Shown here: positions 9,848 through 20,947 of the stretch, piece by piece
How positions within the stretch are numbered: the stretch's first letter is position 1
How the letters are laid out: each line of letters begins with the position of its first letter
Source of the DNA: Candidatus Kapaibacterium sp.
GTDB lineage: Bacteria; Bacteroidota; Ignavibacteria; Palsa-1295
Assembly (NCBI GenBank): GCA_017882165.1
Contig: JADGPZ010000001.1
Coordinates: 43,529 to 107,528 of the forward strand
Length of the DNA: 64,000 nt
Direction of reading: 5' to 3'
The notes under the pieces: model-generated
Told to the model about the DNA's origin: nothing
The model's input: only the letters and a program-made list of their open reading frames with translations
Databases searched by the model: none
Translations under genes and position numbers: made by a program

Positions 9848-11791
9848 ATGCCTATCGTCAAACGGTTACCGGAGTTAATTGCCCAGAAGATCGCGGCCGG
9901 CGAGGTCGTGACCCGGCCGGAATCCGTCGTGAAAGAACTTCTTGAAAATGCGCTCGATGCCAAAGCGCAGAACATCACCATCGTCCTGAAGGACGCGGGC
10001 CGGACGCTGATCCAGGTCATTGATGACGGCAGCGGTATGACGCGCGAAGACGCGCGCACTTCGATCGAACGCCACGCGACAAGCAAGCTCTGGGCGATCG
10101 AGGATTTGGAGCGGCTCTCGACATTCGGTTTTCGTGGCGAGGCGCTGGCGGCGCTGGCGGCGGTCTCGCAATTCGAGATGCGCACCCGACCCGCGAACGA
10201 AGAGCTTGGCACGCTCGTCGAAGTCGAAGGGAGCATTCTTCGCAAGTGCGAGTCCATTGCGTGCGACGAAGGCACTTCCATCTCGGTGCGCAATTTGTTT
10301 TTTAATATCCCGGCTCGGCGCAAGTTTATGAAGTCTGAGGCGACGGAGTTCAAGCATGTCGTCGACACCGTCACGAAAGCCGCGCTCTCAGCGACGCACG
10401 TTCACTTCATCTTCGTTTCGGATGGCGATCTGATATTCGATCTGCCGGCCTTCCGTCCGCTGCCGGAGCGGATCGAACAGATCTTTGGCCCACGTTTGCG
10501 TGGTGCCCTGCTACCAGTCGAAAGTGTTTCACCATCGCTGCATGTCGTCGGTTTTACAAGCGCACCTGGTTTCGTGAAGCGCGTCCGTAGCGAGCAGTTC
10601 TTCTTCATCAACAACCGGCCTGTCACATCGCGGAGTCTTTCGTATGCTGTGGCAAGTGCCTACGAGCACTTGATCGAGAAGGGGGCATTTCCATCGACGT
10701 TTCTTTCAATCGAAATCGATCCATCGCGCATTGATGTCAACGTGCATCCGCAAAAGCTCGAAGTGAAATTCGAGGACGAGCGCGCGGTCACTGATGAAGT
10801 TCGCCGCGCCTTGCAGGAGACTCTCATGCGTGCCAGCACGCAATCGGCATCGGAGGGAGCGATGGCACCGGAGATGACGATGCCAGGAGCGATCAATGCT
10901 GGCGAGGCGAATGCGCGGATGCGATTCCCGGAGTATTCCACAAATCCAGTGAGGAATGAGCCCGCCGCGGCGGAAGGAATGAGGAATGGGGAAACGGGAA
11001 GCAAAGACATTCCTAATTCGGACACCGCCAACGGTCTCGGCACACTCGAACGCCTCTTCGGCGCCAAGCCGGGCGATCTCTTCCGTGGCAAATCGGTCGA
11101 GACAATGGCAACCTTTGGCTCTGCCTCCGCTGCAACTCCACGCCCGGCGATCGAAAGGACGGGCCTTGCCTCGGAAGTATTGCGCGAAAAGCCTGTCCTC
11201 TGGCAGCTTCACAACAAGTACATCTTCTCGCAGATCAAGTCGGGCATGATGATCGTCGATCAGCATGTGGCCCACGAGCGGATTTTGTATGAGCGCGCCT
11301 TGCGCTCGCTCGAAGACAATCATCCAAACTCGCAGCAGCTTCTGTTTCCGCAGCACTTAGACTTGCTTCCGCGCGAGATTGCATTGGTCCGTGATCTGCA
11401 ACCCGAGCTGGAAAAGATCGGCTTCCAAATTCGATTCTTCGGCGGCACGAGCATCATCATCGATGGGATTCCGGCGGATGTCCACGCGGGCCGCGAGGAG
11501 AGCATCCTGCGAGAAGTCCTGGATGGTTACGATGACAACGGCGACACGCGCTCGCAACCGACGCGTGACAAGCTCGCCGCAACGTTCGCCTGCAAGGCCG
11601 CGATCAAAGCCGGCGACAAACTATCGCAAGAGGAGATGCACGTCCTGATCGAGCAACTCTTCGAGACTCAGATGCCGTACGTATGTCCTCATGGCCGGCC
11701 CATCGTTATCAAGCTCGCGATCGATGAGCTCGATCGCCGCTTCGGCCGGTCGCCAGTCGAGAGTTTGGCGAAGACCGAAGCGACCACCTAA
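9848..11791 (+). CDS. mutL: DNA mismatch repair protein MutL
   Basis: N-terminal GHKL ATPase motifs (ELLENALDA, DDGSGM, GFRGEAL) and C-terminal dimerisation region. Confidence 0.93.
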   Translation: MPIVKRLPELIAQKIAAGEVVTRPESVVKELLENALDAKAQNITIVLKDAGRTLIQVIDDGSGMTREDARTSIERHATSKLWAIEDLERLSTFGFRGEALAALAAVSQFEMRTRPANEELGTLVEVEGSILRKCESIACDEGTSISVRNLFFNIPARRKFMKSEATEFKHVVDTVTKAALSATHVHFIFVSDGDLIFDLPAFRPLPERIEQIFGPRLRGALLPVESVSPSLHVVGFTSAPGFVKRVRSEQFFFINNRPVTSRSLSYAVASAYEHLIEKGAFPSTFLSIEIDPSRIDVNVHPQKLEVKFEDERAVTDEVRRALQETLMRASTQSASEGAMAPEMTMPGAINAGEANARMRFPEYSTNPVRNEPAAAEGMRNGETGSKDIPNSDTANGLGTLERLFGAKPGDLFRGKSVETMATFGSASAATPRPAIERTGLASEVLREKPVLWQLHNKYIFSQIKSGMMIVDQHVAHERILYERALRSLEDNHPNSQQLLFPQHLDLLPREIALVRDLQPELEKIGFQIRFFGGTSIIIDGIPADVHAGREESILREVLDGYDDNGDTRSQPTRDKLAATFACKAAIKAGDKLSQEEMHVLIEQLFETQMPYVCPHGRPIVIKLAIDELDRRFGRSPVESLAKTEATT

Positions 11792-11797
11792 GTAAAC

Positions 11798-12577
11798 TTA
11801 TGGGTGACTGACCATCATGGTCTCACTGCCCGAGAGCTGCTGATTAATGTTCAGGTATGGAGGAATACTGATCACCAACGGCATGCTATGCACGACGTTG
11901 CGAATCATCCCAAAGTCCGGGGAGACGTACGTATCGATCGTTCCACTGACTGCTTGACCAACGCCAGGTGCTGACACGATCACGGCATGTGTGACATGTT
12001 TGACTCCGGTGATGGTTGTACCGTTCACCACGATAGATGTATCTGCCTGTTCCGTGGCATTGATCAAGACATCGGCATTGATACCATATCTGGTCGCGAC
12101 GGACATGTTATGGACGGCAACCCACGTATCGCCCTGCTTGGCCCCAAGCTTCGCCTGAAGCACCCAGCCGACTGGCGCAGAGAGTACGCTCGATAGCCCC
12201 TCGAGGCCATAATTAAAGTGCCAGTAGTTTCCATTTTCCTGCGCAATGTAGGTCGAATCCATTAGTGACCCGGTCATGCTTGCCGTATGCATATTTTGGA
12301 TGAACGCCACATCGCTCGTGTCGAGCATGTACGTCATGTTGGTCCCGAAGACCGTGGAGGTAATATTGTCGGTTTTCGTCGGAACGGTCTTATCCATGCC
12401 ATACGTCCCACCGGCAGTATCTCGCCGATTCTGGGTATAGGTATAGTTCGCGTTGGTCAGATAGTTGACATGGGTCGTATTCGGCGGCGTCGGCGGCGGA
12501 GTCGTGCTCGACGCGCATCCCGAGTATACAAAGCCTGCGAAAGAGAACAGAAAAACGATTTTGCTGATGTGCTTCAT
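11798..12577 (-). CDS. hypothetical lipoprotein
   Basis: Signal peptide plus lipobox FVYSGC, Thr/Pro-rich linker. Confidence 0.65.
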   Translation of the reverse strand: MKHISKIVFLFSFAGFVYSGCASSTTPPPTPPNTTHVNYLTNANYTYTQNRRDTAGGTYGMDKTVPTKTDNITSTVFGTNMTYMLDTSDVAFIQNMHTASMTGSLMDSTYIAQENGNYWHFNYGLEGLSSVLSAPVGWVLQAKLGAKQGDTWVAVHNMSVATRYGINADVLINATEQADTSIVVNGTTITGVKHVTHAVIVSAPGVGQAVSGTIDTYVSPDFGMIRNVVHSMPLVISIPPYLNINQQLSGSETMMVSHP

Positions 12578-12738
12578 AAATGATTAGGGTTAAGGCCCGC
12601 CGCAGCGGACTAATTGTACAACCCCGCCCGAAGCCAAAAGTTACAGAATCATTGCGAAAACGGATTCATTTTGCCCACGGAACCCCATGAAACTGTCTTC
12701 ACGCTTCGCCGTAGCTATCAGAAACTTACGCATAACAC

Positions 12739-13461
12739 ATGAACCAACTTCGCTTCGGAGCATTACTTTTTGCACTTATCATAACTGGTTGTTCCCGAGC
12801 CTCAACGGTCTTCGAGACCTACACCGGCGACGGCACGACCACCACCGATGAGCGCCACTTAGACAAATTCCAGTCCATCGATCTCGAAGGGGCGTACGAT
12901 GTTATCCTCTCACAAGGCGATCCCTCCGAAGTCCGCATTGAGACCGACAAGAACCTGCTCGATCACATTACGACCAAAGTCAAAGATGGCAAGCTGACCG
13001 TCAGCTCCGAAGGAAACCTCCGGCCAACGAAGACGATCAAACTCTACATCTCCACGCCGACCTATAGCGCCATCGATCTCGAAGGATCAGGAAGTATCTA
13101 CGCAAAAGCGCCCATCACGTCCGATAAGCTAAGCCTCGGACTTGCCGGCTCGGGCAATTACGATCTTCAGATCAACGCCAAAGATCTGACCTCGAACATT
13201 TCCGGTTCGGGTTCGATCAAACTCGCCGGCTCAGCCGATAACCACATTGCCGAGATCGCCGGCTCCGGCGATCTGCTGGCCGATAGCCTCTACTCCGGCA
13301 CAACCAAAGTGGACGTCATGGGATCCGGCAACGCCAATGTGAACGTGTCACGCCGACTCGATGCATCCATTGCCGGATCCGGGAACGTCCGTTATAGCGG
13401 CGGCGTCAACGAGGTGCATACCAGTATTGCCGGCAGCGGCACCGTCGAGCACACCAAGTAA
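12739..13461 (+). CDS. DUF2807-like (putative adhesin head GIN-domain) lipoprotein
   Basis: Lipobox IITGCS; repeated GSG-containing beta-strand motif (LEGSGSI, LAGSGNY, ISGSGSI, IAGSGD, IAGSGNV, IAGSGTV). Confidence 0.65.
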   Translation: MNQLRFGALLFALIITGCSRASTVFETYTGDGTTTTDERHLDKFQSIDLEGAYDVILSQGDPSEVRIETDKNLLDHITTKVKDGKLTVSSEGNLRPTKTIKLYISTPTYSAIDLEGSGSIYAKAPITSDKLSLGLAGSGNYDLQINAKDLTSNISGSGSIKLAGSADNHIAEIAGSGDLLADSLYSGTTKVDVMGSGNANVNVSRRLDASIAGSGNVRYSGGVNEVHTSIAGSGTVEHTK

Positions 13462-13477
13462 CCTTCGGAAATAACCC

Positions 13478-13582
13478 GTCATTGCGAGGAGCGACGGAGG
13501 AGCGACGAAGCAATCTCCTGAGGAAAGCCTGGACTTCGTGCCAGGGATTGCTTCGTCGTGCTTCGCACTCCTCGCAATGACG
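13478..13582. repeat. MITE/REP-like long-hairpin repeat, copy 1 (~36 bp stem)
   Basis: GTCATTGCGAGGAGCGACG...loop...GATTGCTTCGTCGTGCTTCGCACTCCTCGCAATGAC; near-identical arms to copy at 16631..16736. Confidence 0.85.
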
Positions 13583-13587
13583 ATTGT

Positions 13588-14607
<1,020 letters not shown>

Positions 14608-15339
14608 TTATACTACAAAAATACGAACATGTTGCCCCATTCGCCCAGACATTCACCGATTCGGCTCACTTATGCCATTCCATTTTAGCATTTGAGTTTG
14701 AAATTCATAATTCTCATTCACATAGACAGACCAACCTTCCACACAGACAGAACTTCATTCCGCCGGTCACAAGTTGTGCAGCTACTCGCGCTCTCGCGTC
14801 AATAGACCTGCAGCCCAGTCCACCGAATCGGAATTGAAAAGAACCCCTATATTAGTATAACATCGAAACGATGGCATTCTGTTGCAGACTTACTGGAACA
14901 CTATACCACACAACGACTTACGCGGATTATGCATTAGTCCCCATAGTGCCGACCAAGCACGTCGATCCGGTAATTCCAGCGAAGTGACCCCCTTCCACCT
15001 AATATAACGAGGTTCGACCCCCTCGGTATCGCAAGTTTTCGATGAATTCTGAAAAATTCATTCTCTGACCAGCTTTCCCAGCCACAGCGGGGCGGCGGCT
15101 TCTCAGTCCCGTTAGGGACGAAATATGTGCCTGCCCGCCCTGGCGGGTAGCCCAGTGTGGAGTCCGCCGCGGCGGGCGGAGAAGTTCGTTTATGTCTTCA
15201 TGGAACGGGCAACCGCTTTCCGAAAGCCCGGTGAAACTTTTCACCCCCCTCACGCCACGTTATGCTTGTATGGCGCGCCGACGCGACATGCAACAATTGA
15301 AATCAGTCCACGTCGTTCACACTTTTACGTTATTCGGTT

Positions 15340-16602
15340 ATGAAACGAATCAGTACCATCCTTTCGCTTTTCAGTGCAATTGCACTGCTTGCAATGCCGG
15401 GCGCCACCCGCGCGCAAACGATAACACTCAATTCGGTTTCGGCGACGCATTTCTGCGCAGGCGATCCCCTTTCCGTCACATTCACCGCGACCGGGACGTG
15501 GGGACATAATAATGCATTCACGCTCGAGCTTTCGGACACCAGCGGAAGCTTCTCGATCTCATTTTCCAATATCGGCTCTGTTGCCGACACGGCGCCCGGC
15601 ACCTTTACAAGTGCTTCCACGATTCCATCCTCGGCGTCGGCTTCGACCCATTATCGCATTCGTGTGATTGGAGCTTACCCATATATTGCGAGTAACGACA
15701 ACGGCAGTGATCTCACAATCAACGCATTACCGCCTACTTTAGGGATAAATTTCCCATTTGCGATGTCTGGAACTCCGCTAGAAATCAAATTAGCAACCGG
15801 GTTCCTCGATTCCATCGAAATGGCCGACAGTGTGTTTTGGAATTTCGGGATTGATGCAGCTCCAGCAACAGTAGCCGGTACATTGGGAACCGCATCGAAT
15901 GAGACAATTATCTACGCAACGGGAGGTATGAAGACCATCGAGGTTCGGATACAAAACTCGGCCGGATGTTTTGTAACATCAACGAAATCAGCCAACGTTC
16001 TGGACTGCGATCCGACGATTCCGAAGGATGCTATAGTGATTGCTTCCAGCCAGGAGATCGGCTTTGGATCATCTACGATATGGGTTAATCCGGGAGTGAC
16101 AGTAACACTGGGAGGTGGCAGCAACACCATATTCGCTGAGACTGGAGCTACAGTCGTGAATGGCGGAGGAGGAAGCGAGTTGATTTATCTGAAGCCGGGC
16201 GCTGCATACATGGGAGGCGGTGGTGGTGGCAACACAATCATCTATGCGGCCGGGGCGAGTGTTCAGGGTGGTGGTGGAATTGAATGCCCATCCCTCCAAT
16301 TCGATTATACTGATGCACCGCCGAATGCTGTCATGGCCGCGTTCGAAGGTGTTGCACCAGCCGCTTCTTTGGAAATAATTGAGTTATATCCAAATCCAAC
16401 AAATGGCATCGTCACGCTGCAAAACCTTCCGATGGGTGCGAATGTAATGGTGATGAATGTGCTTGGCGAGACGGTGCAAACCGAAACCGAGCGTGGCGAT
16501 GCGAACCTTACGCTCGATCTTTCGGGAGTTGCAGCCGGAACCTATTACATCCGAATCGCCTCGAACAATGGCGTGATGACGAAGAAGATTGTAAAAGAAT
16601 GA
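15340..16602 (+). CDS. secreted protein with Gly-rich repeats and T9SS C-terminal sorting domain
   Basis: Signal peptide MKRISTILSLFSAIALLAMPGATRAQ; C-terminal ELYPNPTNGIVTLQNLP...GTYYIRIASNNG CTD. Confidence 0.8.
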   Translation: MKRISTILSLFSAIALLAMPGATRAQTITLNSVSATHFCAGDPLSVTFTATGTWGHNNAFTLELSDTSGSFSISFSNIGSVADTAPGTFTSASTIPSSASASTHYRIRVIGAYPYIASNDNGSDLTINALPPTLGINFPFAMSGTPLEIKLATGFLDSIEMADSVFWNFGIDAAPATVAGTLGTASNETIIYATGGMKTIEVRIQNSAGCFVTSTKSANVLDCDPTIPKDAIVIASSQEIGFGSSTIWVNPGVTVTLGGGSNTIFAETGATVVNGGGGSELIYLKPGAAYMGGGGGGNTIIYAAGASVQGGGGIECPSLQFDYTDAPPNAVMAAFEGVAPAASLEIIELYPNPTNGIVTLQNLPMGANVMVMNVLGETVQTETERGDANLTLDLSGVAAGTYYIRIASNNGVMTKKIVKE

Positions 16603-16630
16603 ATGGAGTGGTGATCTGTTTTTCAAGAAC

Positions 16631-16736
16631 GTCATTGCGAGGAGCGACGAAGGAGCGACGAAGCAATCCTTTGCGGGAAGTGCTCGGACTTCGTGGTGGG
16701 GATTGCTTCGTCGTGCTTCGCACTCCTCGCAATGAC
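16631..16736. repeat. MITE/REP-like long-hairpin repeat, copy 2
   Basis: Arms identical (1 mismatch) to 13478..13582; loop diverged. Confidence 0.85.
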
Positions 16737-16767
16737 ACTTAATCAAAGATTCAATTCGGCAAAAGGC

Positions 16768-17694
16768 ATGAAAGGGGTTCGCTACGGCGGACTCCTCTTC
16801 GTGTTCTTTGCCGTGTTTATAGCAAGTTGCACGAACTCTGTCGATCCGCCTGCCCCGACAACCACCGGCGAAAAGCTGACGGGCACCGTCGCGGCGTTTG
16901 GCGCGACATCTCCGACCGCACTTTCTCCCGTTGGCATTCAAGTCACGATACAGGGCACGACGTATCAAGCGACAGCCGATACCGGCGGTCATTTCGAGAT
17001 CGACAACATCCCAGCCGGAGTCTATAACATTATCTTCTCGAAGCCGGGGTTCGATTCGATGGTCTATCCTGTGCATCACTTGATCGGCGTGGGGATCGAT
17101 ATCATCAACGATGCTTATCTCATTCAGGAGTCGAACGACTCGCTCGCGCTCGTCGGCATCTCTTCTGTCTTCACAGTCAGTGTTTCCAAGATCATTCATG
17201 TGATCGACACGATCTTCAAGGACAGTGCCGGTGTGATAGACACAATCGTCCTCGCAAAGGACTCGCTCTCGATCACGTATGACACGGTGACGAATGCAAA
17301 CGCGCTGATCGTGAGCGGAACGCTGCTCGGCAGTCTCGCGCCGGGGAATATTTATGTCTACAGCTCGCTCGACAGCACACTGTTTCCATCGTCCGTTAGC
17401 CCGCAGTCACCGGTGAGCACCGAGGACGCATGGCTCGCTCTTCATTTGACGGACCCCGCTTATCATTTCGCGTTTCAATCACCACGGATTGCGAACGGCG
17501 TGTTCACCGACACGCTTTCGCGTGATGCGGCAAATCTATCGCCCTACTCGTTGCCGGGTGGCCAAGTTGTTTATATTTATGCAGTCGGGCATTCGAACCT
17601 GACGGGTCTCCCGCAAACGGGCGGAGAGTATCAGCATTTCAGCACCACGCCGTTCGGGCCGAAGGCGGTGCGATTCAAGTTTGTCGTTCCGTAG
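16768..17694 (+). CDS. lipoprotein with carboxypeptidase-regulatory-like (CarbopepD_reg) domain
   Basis: Signal plus lipobox FIASCT; GTVAAFGATSPTALSPVGIQVTIQGTTYQATADTGGHFEIDNIPAGVYNIIFSKPGF matches CarbopepD_reg pattern; start set at MKGVRYGG. Confidence 0.6.
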   Translation: MKGVRYGGLLFVFFAVFIASCTNSVDPPAPTTTGEKLTGTVAAFGATSPTALSPVGIQVTIQGTTYQATADTGGHFEIDNIPAGVYNIIFSKPGFDSMVYPVHHLIGVGIDIINDAYLIQESNDSLALVGISSVFTVSVSKIIHVIDTIFKDSAGVIDTIVLAKDSLSITYDTVTNANALIVSGTLLGSLAPGNIYVYSSLDSTLFPSSVSPQSPVSTEDAWLALHLTDPAYHFAFQSPRIANGVFTDTLSRDAANLSPYSLPGGQVVYIYAVGHSNLTGLPQTGGEYQHFSTTPFGPKAVRFKFVVP

Positions 17695-17695
17695 A

Positions 17696-18268
17696 ATGGA
17701 CATCGAGCGCAAGCAACGATTTCTCAAACTGCTCGAGCCGGTCTATCCGAGGCTCTCGCGATACGCGCTCGCCATGACCCGAAATCGTGAGGAAGCAAAA
17801 GATCTCGTCGGCGAGGCCGTGCTCGTTGCGCTCGAACGGTTCGAGTCGATTCGAAGCGAAGAGGGCTTTGCCGGATTTCTCTTTCGGATCGTTTCACGCA
17901 CACACAAGCGGTGGCACTATCGCGAGCGGCTCCGCATCCCCATCAACGCCCACGCTGCCGAATCGATCGAAGACGCCGGAGCACCATCGGATCGAACCGC
18001 GGAAGTGGCCATCGTCATGGCGACGCTCGACCGGCTGCCGCCGAAGACCAAGGAGACGCTGCTGCTCTTCGACATTGCGGACCTCTCGCTTGAAGAGGTT
18101 CGAAGAATCCAGGGCGGGTCGCTCAGCGGTGTGAAGAGCCGTCTCACGCGCGGCCATGATGCGGTCCGGGCCATGCTTGGGATTGTGCCCGCTGCGATCG
18201 AGCAGCCTCCGGAGAGCGCGAACTACACAACAATGTTTTTGGAAAGGGTGGAAACGTATGCGGTTTGA
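17696..18268 (+). CDS. RNA polymerase ECF-type sigma factor (sigma-70 regions 2 and 4)
   Basis: Region 2-like RLSRYALAMTRNREEAKDLVGEAVL and region 4 HTH LLLFDIADLSLEEVRRI. Confidence 0.88.
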   Translation: MDIERKQRFLKLLEPVYPRLSRYALAMTRNREEAKDLVGEAVLVALERFESIRSEEGFAGFLFRIVSRTHKRWHYRERLRIPINAHAAESIEDAGAPSDRTAEVAIVMATLDRLPPKTKETLLLFDIADLSLEEVRRIQGGSLSGVKSRLTRGHDAVRAMLGIVPAAIEQPPESANYTTMFLERVETYAV

Positions 18269-19283
18269 ACGGCCATCATTTATGGAATCGCTTCGGCACG
18301 CCGAAGTGTATCCCTCATTCGCCGTGGTGCGTGAGGGCGTCATGGCACACGACGGAAGGCGGACGAAGTTCTTCGCTCTGCCAGGGAGCGCGAAGCTGGA
18401 AGTCGCCATACTGCTTGCCTTGATGCTCTGCGGGGCATGGCCGGCGGCTCGCACACCGGAATTGCATGAGAGCCGAATGAGCCCGCTTGCCACGACGAGC
18501 ATCGTTTCCATTGGCAGCCCGCCGCAGTGGGCCCAAACCAAAGACGTTGAGCAGGCTGGCCAGCCGCTCGCGGTGAGGGCGAAGCGATCCTCCGCAGTTA
18601 CTCCGGTGGCATGGGACGGTCATGACGAGCGTCGTGCGCCCGAGAGTCCGGCGCCGCCAAGCATTCGGTTTGCCGCCGAACTTGCCACCGAGATTCCTGC
18701 TGCGCCGGCCCGGCCTGCCACCCCAGTTCCGTCGATCACGTCATTAGTCTCGAATGATTGTGCGCCCGCGCAATGGTTGGCATTTGCTTCGGGCGGATAT
18801 AGTATCCCGCCATCGAGTGCATTGCAGAATGCAGCCACTCTCGCCGGTTCCGTTGGGCTTCGGTATCGACTGAGCGGCGGATCGTTTCTTGTTGTGGCTG
18901 CCCGGCAGAGCCCATTCGTCGTCCAGCGATCCGGGCAGGGCATGGCATACCGTGATAGTGCTGCCTCTTTGGACGGCCACACGTACCAAGTGACATTCGG
19001 TGCGATCACGACGAACGCGACGGCTACCGAAAATTCAGTCTCATCACTGAACGCCGGCTACCGATTCGAGACCAGCCCGGACGAACGCTTCTCTCCGTTC
19101 GCGGAGGTATTATTTGGCGGGAGCGCACGGGGAATGCTCGCTTCGGAATCGGCAGGAGTAGGATACCGGCTCTTTGGCCCGCTCCTTTTCGATGTTTCCG
19201 TTCGAGCCGATCAACTCATCGCGCCAAAATCCGCGCCGCAGAAAGCTCTTGGATTCGAGATGGGGTTGGGATACGAGTGGTAA
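18258..19283 (+). CDS. putative anti-sigma factor: short cytoplasmic N-term, one TM helix, Pro-rich linker, C-terminal OMP beta-barrel-like domain
   Basis: 11-nt overlap with sigma gene; TM LEVAILLALMLCGAWPAA; C-terminal alternating-hydrophobic strands ending GYRF...GYRLF...GLGYEW. Confidence 0.5.
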   Translation: MRFERPSFMESLRHAEVYPSFAVVREGVMAHDGRRTKFFALPGSAKLEVAILLALMLCGAWPAARTPELHESRMSPLATTSIVSIGSPPQWAQTKDVEQAGQPLAVRAKRSSAVTPVAWDGHDERRAPESPAPPSIRFAAELATEIPAAPARPATPVPSITSLVSNDCAPAQWLAFASGGYSIPPSSALQNAATLAGSVGLRYRLSGGSFLVVAARQSPFVVQRSGQGMAYRDSAASLDGHTYQVTFGAITTNATATENSVSSLNAGYRFETSPDERFSPFAEVLFGGSARGMLASESAGVGYRLFGPLLFDVSVRADQLIAPKSAPQKALGFEMGLGYEW

Positions 19284-19289
19284 GTTGCC

Positions 19290-20930
19290 CTATCCCCCCA
19301 TCATCTCGGCGATGATCTTGATCGGGACGGAGCCGTAGCTGAGGAATTCGTTGTGGAAATCGAAGAGGGAGAATCCGGGCTGCTTTTCGAGCTTCTCGCG
19401 GAGCTCGCGAATCTGGAATTTGCCGAGCGTGTAGAATAAATAGCCGGGATCGAACACGCCGCGTTCGGCTTCGCGCCGTGCGGCCATCGGACGCATGAGC
19501 GCTTTGTCCTCGAAGAGTTGCTGCGCTTCCGAGAGCGTCATCGTGCCGCGGTGCAGTTCGATCGCCGTGACATACCGCGCCAACCGGATGAGCGCTTCGT
19601 GCAGATAGGCCATGCGAATGCGCGGATCGCCTCCGCCCCAGCCCGCCGCGAGCATCATCTCTTCCGTATAGTGCGCCCAGCCTTCGATGAACGCATAAGA
19701 TTGGAATATCTTGCCGACTTTGCTCTGGATGTTTTGCAGGTGCAGGAAGTGCGTGTAGTGTCCCGGATACGCCTCGTGTATCGAGATCACTTCGAGCACG
19801 GAGCGGTTCAGCGTGTGGAGGAATTCCTTGCGCTTCTCGGCGTCCCACTCGGCCTCCGGCAGTGTGACGTAGTAGAATGCTTCACTCGCGACGCGCTCGA
19901 ACGCGCCGGGAGAGTTCATCGCCGCGAATGCCCAGCGCATGTGCGCCGGAGTCTCTTCGACGCGACAGCGGATTTCGGATGGCATCGCCAGCAAATTGTT
20001 CGCGATCACGAAGCTGCGGATGCGTTCGAGCATCTGCTCGACTTCCTTGAGCAGCGTCTGCTCGTTAAAGTGCTCGGTCTCGACGAATGTGTGGAACACC
20101 TCTCGCGGATTCGCGCTCGGATCAAGTTCGGCGCTCGCTTTGTAAAGCTCGACGGTGAGGCGGTCGATCTCGCGGCGGCCTTTTTCGAGCAGCGTGTCGA
20201 GCGAGTCATCGATGAGTTCGCTCGATTTGATGAAGCGCGACATTAATTTCTCACCCAACCGGAATGAGTCGTACATCGCGTGCGGCAGCACGACGGTGCG
20301 AATGGCCTGAGCGAAACTCGAGATCGCAAGTTTTGCAGTCTGGATGGCCTGCGTGAGATCTTGCACCAGTTCGGCGTCCTGAATTTCGCCAAAAGTGAGG
20401 TCCGGCAGCCGTTCGAGATACCCGAGGCGTCCTTCGAGCGCCATCAGTCCGGTTTCGACGATGGTGCGGTCCATGTATGCACTGAGATTCTGCCGCGCAA
20501 TGGCAAGTACACGCGGATAGGCGCGCAGCCGCGCCAGCACGGCGCGCATCCGTTCGGTGATCGGCGCAAAATTGCGGTCGATCAGGTGCATAATCTCGAG
20601 TTGGTCGCTATAGACCATCGGATTCCACTCGAAATCTTTTAGCTCGGTCAGGCGGAAGATCTCGTCGTTGATCTTCCATTCGAGCGCGCGGCACTCGAAG
20701 TGATTGGTCTTGTCAGCCTTGTCGGAGAAGTGTTTGGTGAGGAGCGTCTCTTTGGCATCGCGGAGCGTCTCGAGATACTCTTCGCGGCGGAGCGGGCTGA
20801 AGTCCTCGACGAGCCGGTCGTATTGGTGCAACCCGAGCCAGGATGCGACCGTCGGATAATAAGAGAGATACGCCGAAAGAACGTGATCGCGGAATTCGGC
20901 AAAATCGTGGAAGTGTCGCGTCTTGTGCAT
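19290..20930 (-). CDS. DUF885 family protein (putative metallopeptidase-like)
   Basis: HEAYPGH zinc-motif-like segment and overall DUF885 length/pattern. Confidence 0.7.
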   Translation of the reverse strand: MHKTRHFHDFAEFRDHVLSAYLSYYPTVASWLGLHQYDRLVEDFSPLRREEYLETLRDAKETLLTKHFSDKADKTNHFECRALEWKINDEIFRLTELKDFEWNPMVYSDQLEIMHLIDRNFAPITERMRAVLARLRAYPRVLAIARQNLSAYMDRTIVETGLMALEGRLGYLERLPDLTFGEIQDAELVQDLTQAIQTAKLAISSFAQAIRTVVLPHAMYDSFRLGEKLMSRFIKSSELIDDSLDTLLEKGRREIDRLTVELYKASAELDPSANPREVFHTFVETEHFNEQTLLKEVEQMLERIRSFVIANNLLAMPSEIRCRVEETPAHMRWAFAAMNSPGAFERVASEAFYYVTLPEAEWDAEKRKEFLHTLNRSVLEVISIHEAYPGHYTHFLHLQNIQSKVGKIFQSYAFIEGWAHYTEEMMLAAGWGGGDPRIRMAYLHEALIRLARYVTAIELHRGTMTLSEAQQLFEDKALMRPMAARREAERGVFDPGYLFYTLGKFQIRELREKLEKQPGFSLFDFHNEFLSYGSVPIKIIAEMMGG

Positions 20931-20947
20931 GTTCAGGTAGCAACAGC

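Noticed and set aside
15008-15025. tRNA/tmRNA-like T-arm (CGAGG-TTCGACC-CCTCG) in the large intergenic region
   Set aside because: Loop is 8 nt rather than 7, and there is no acceptor stem, CCA end or other tRNA arms nearby.
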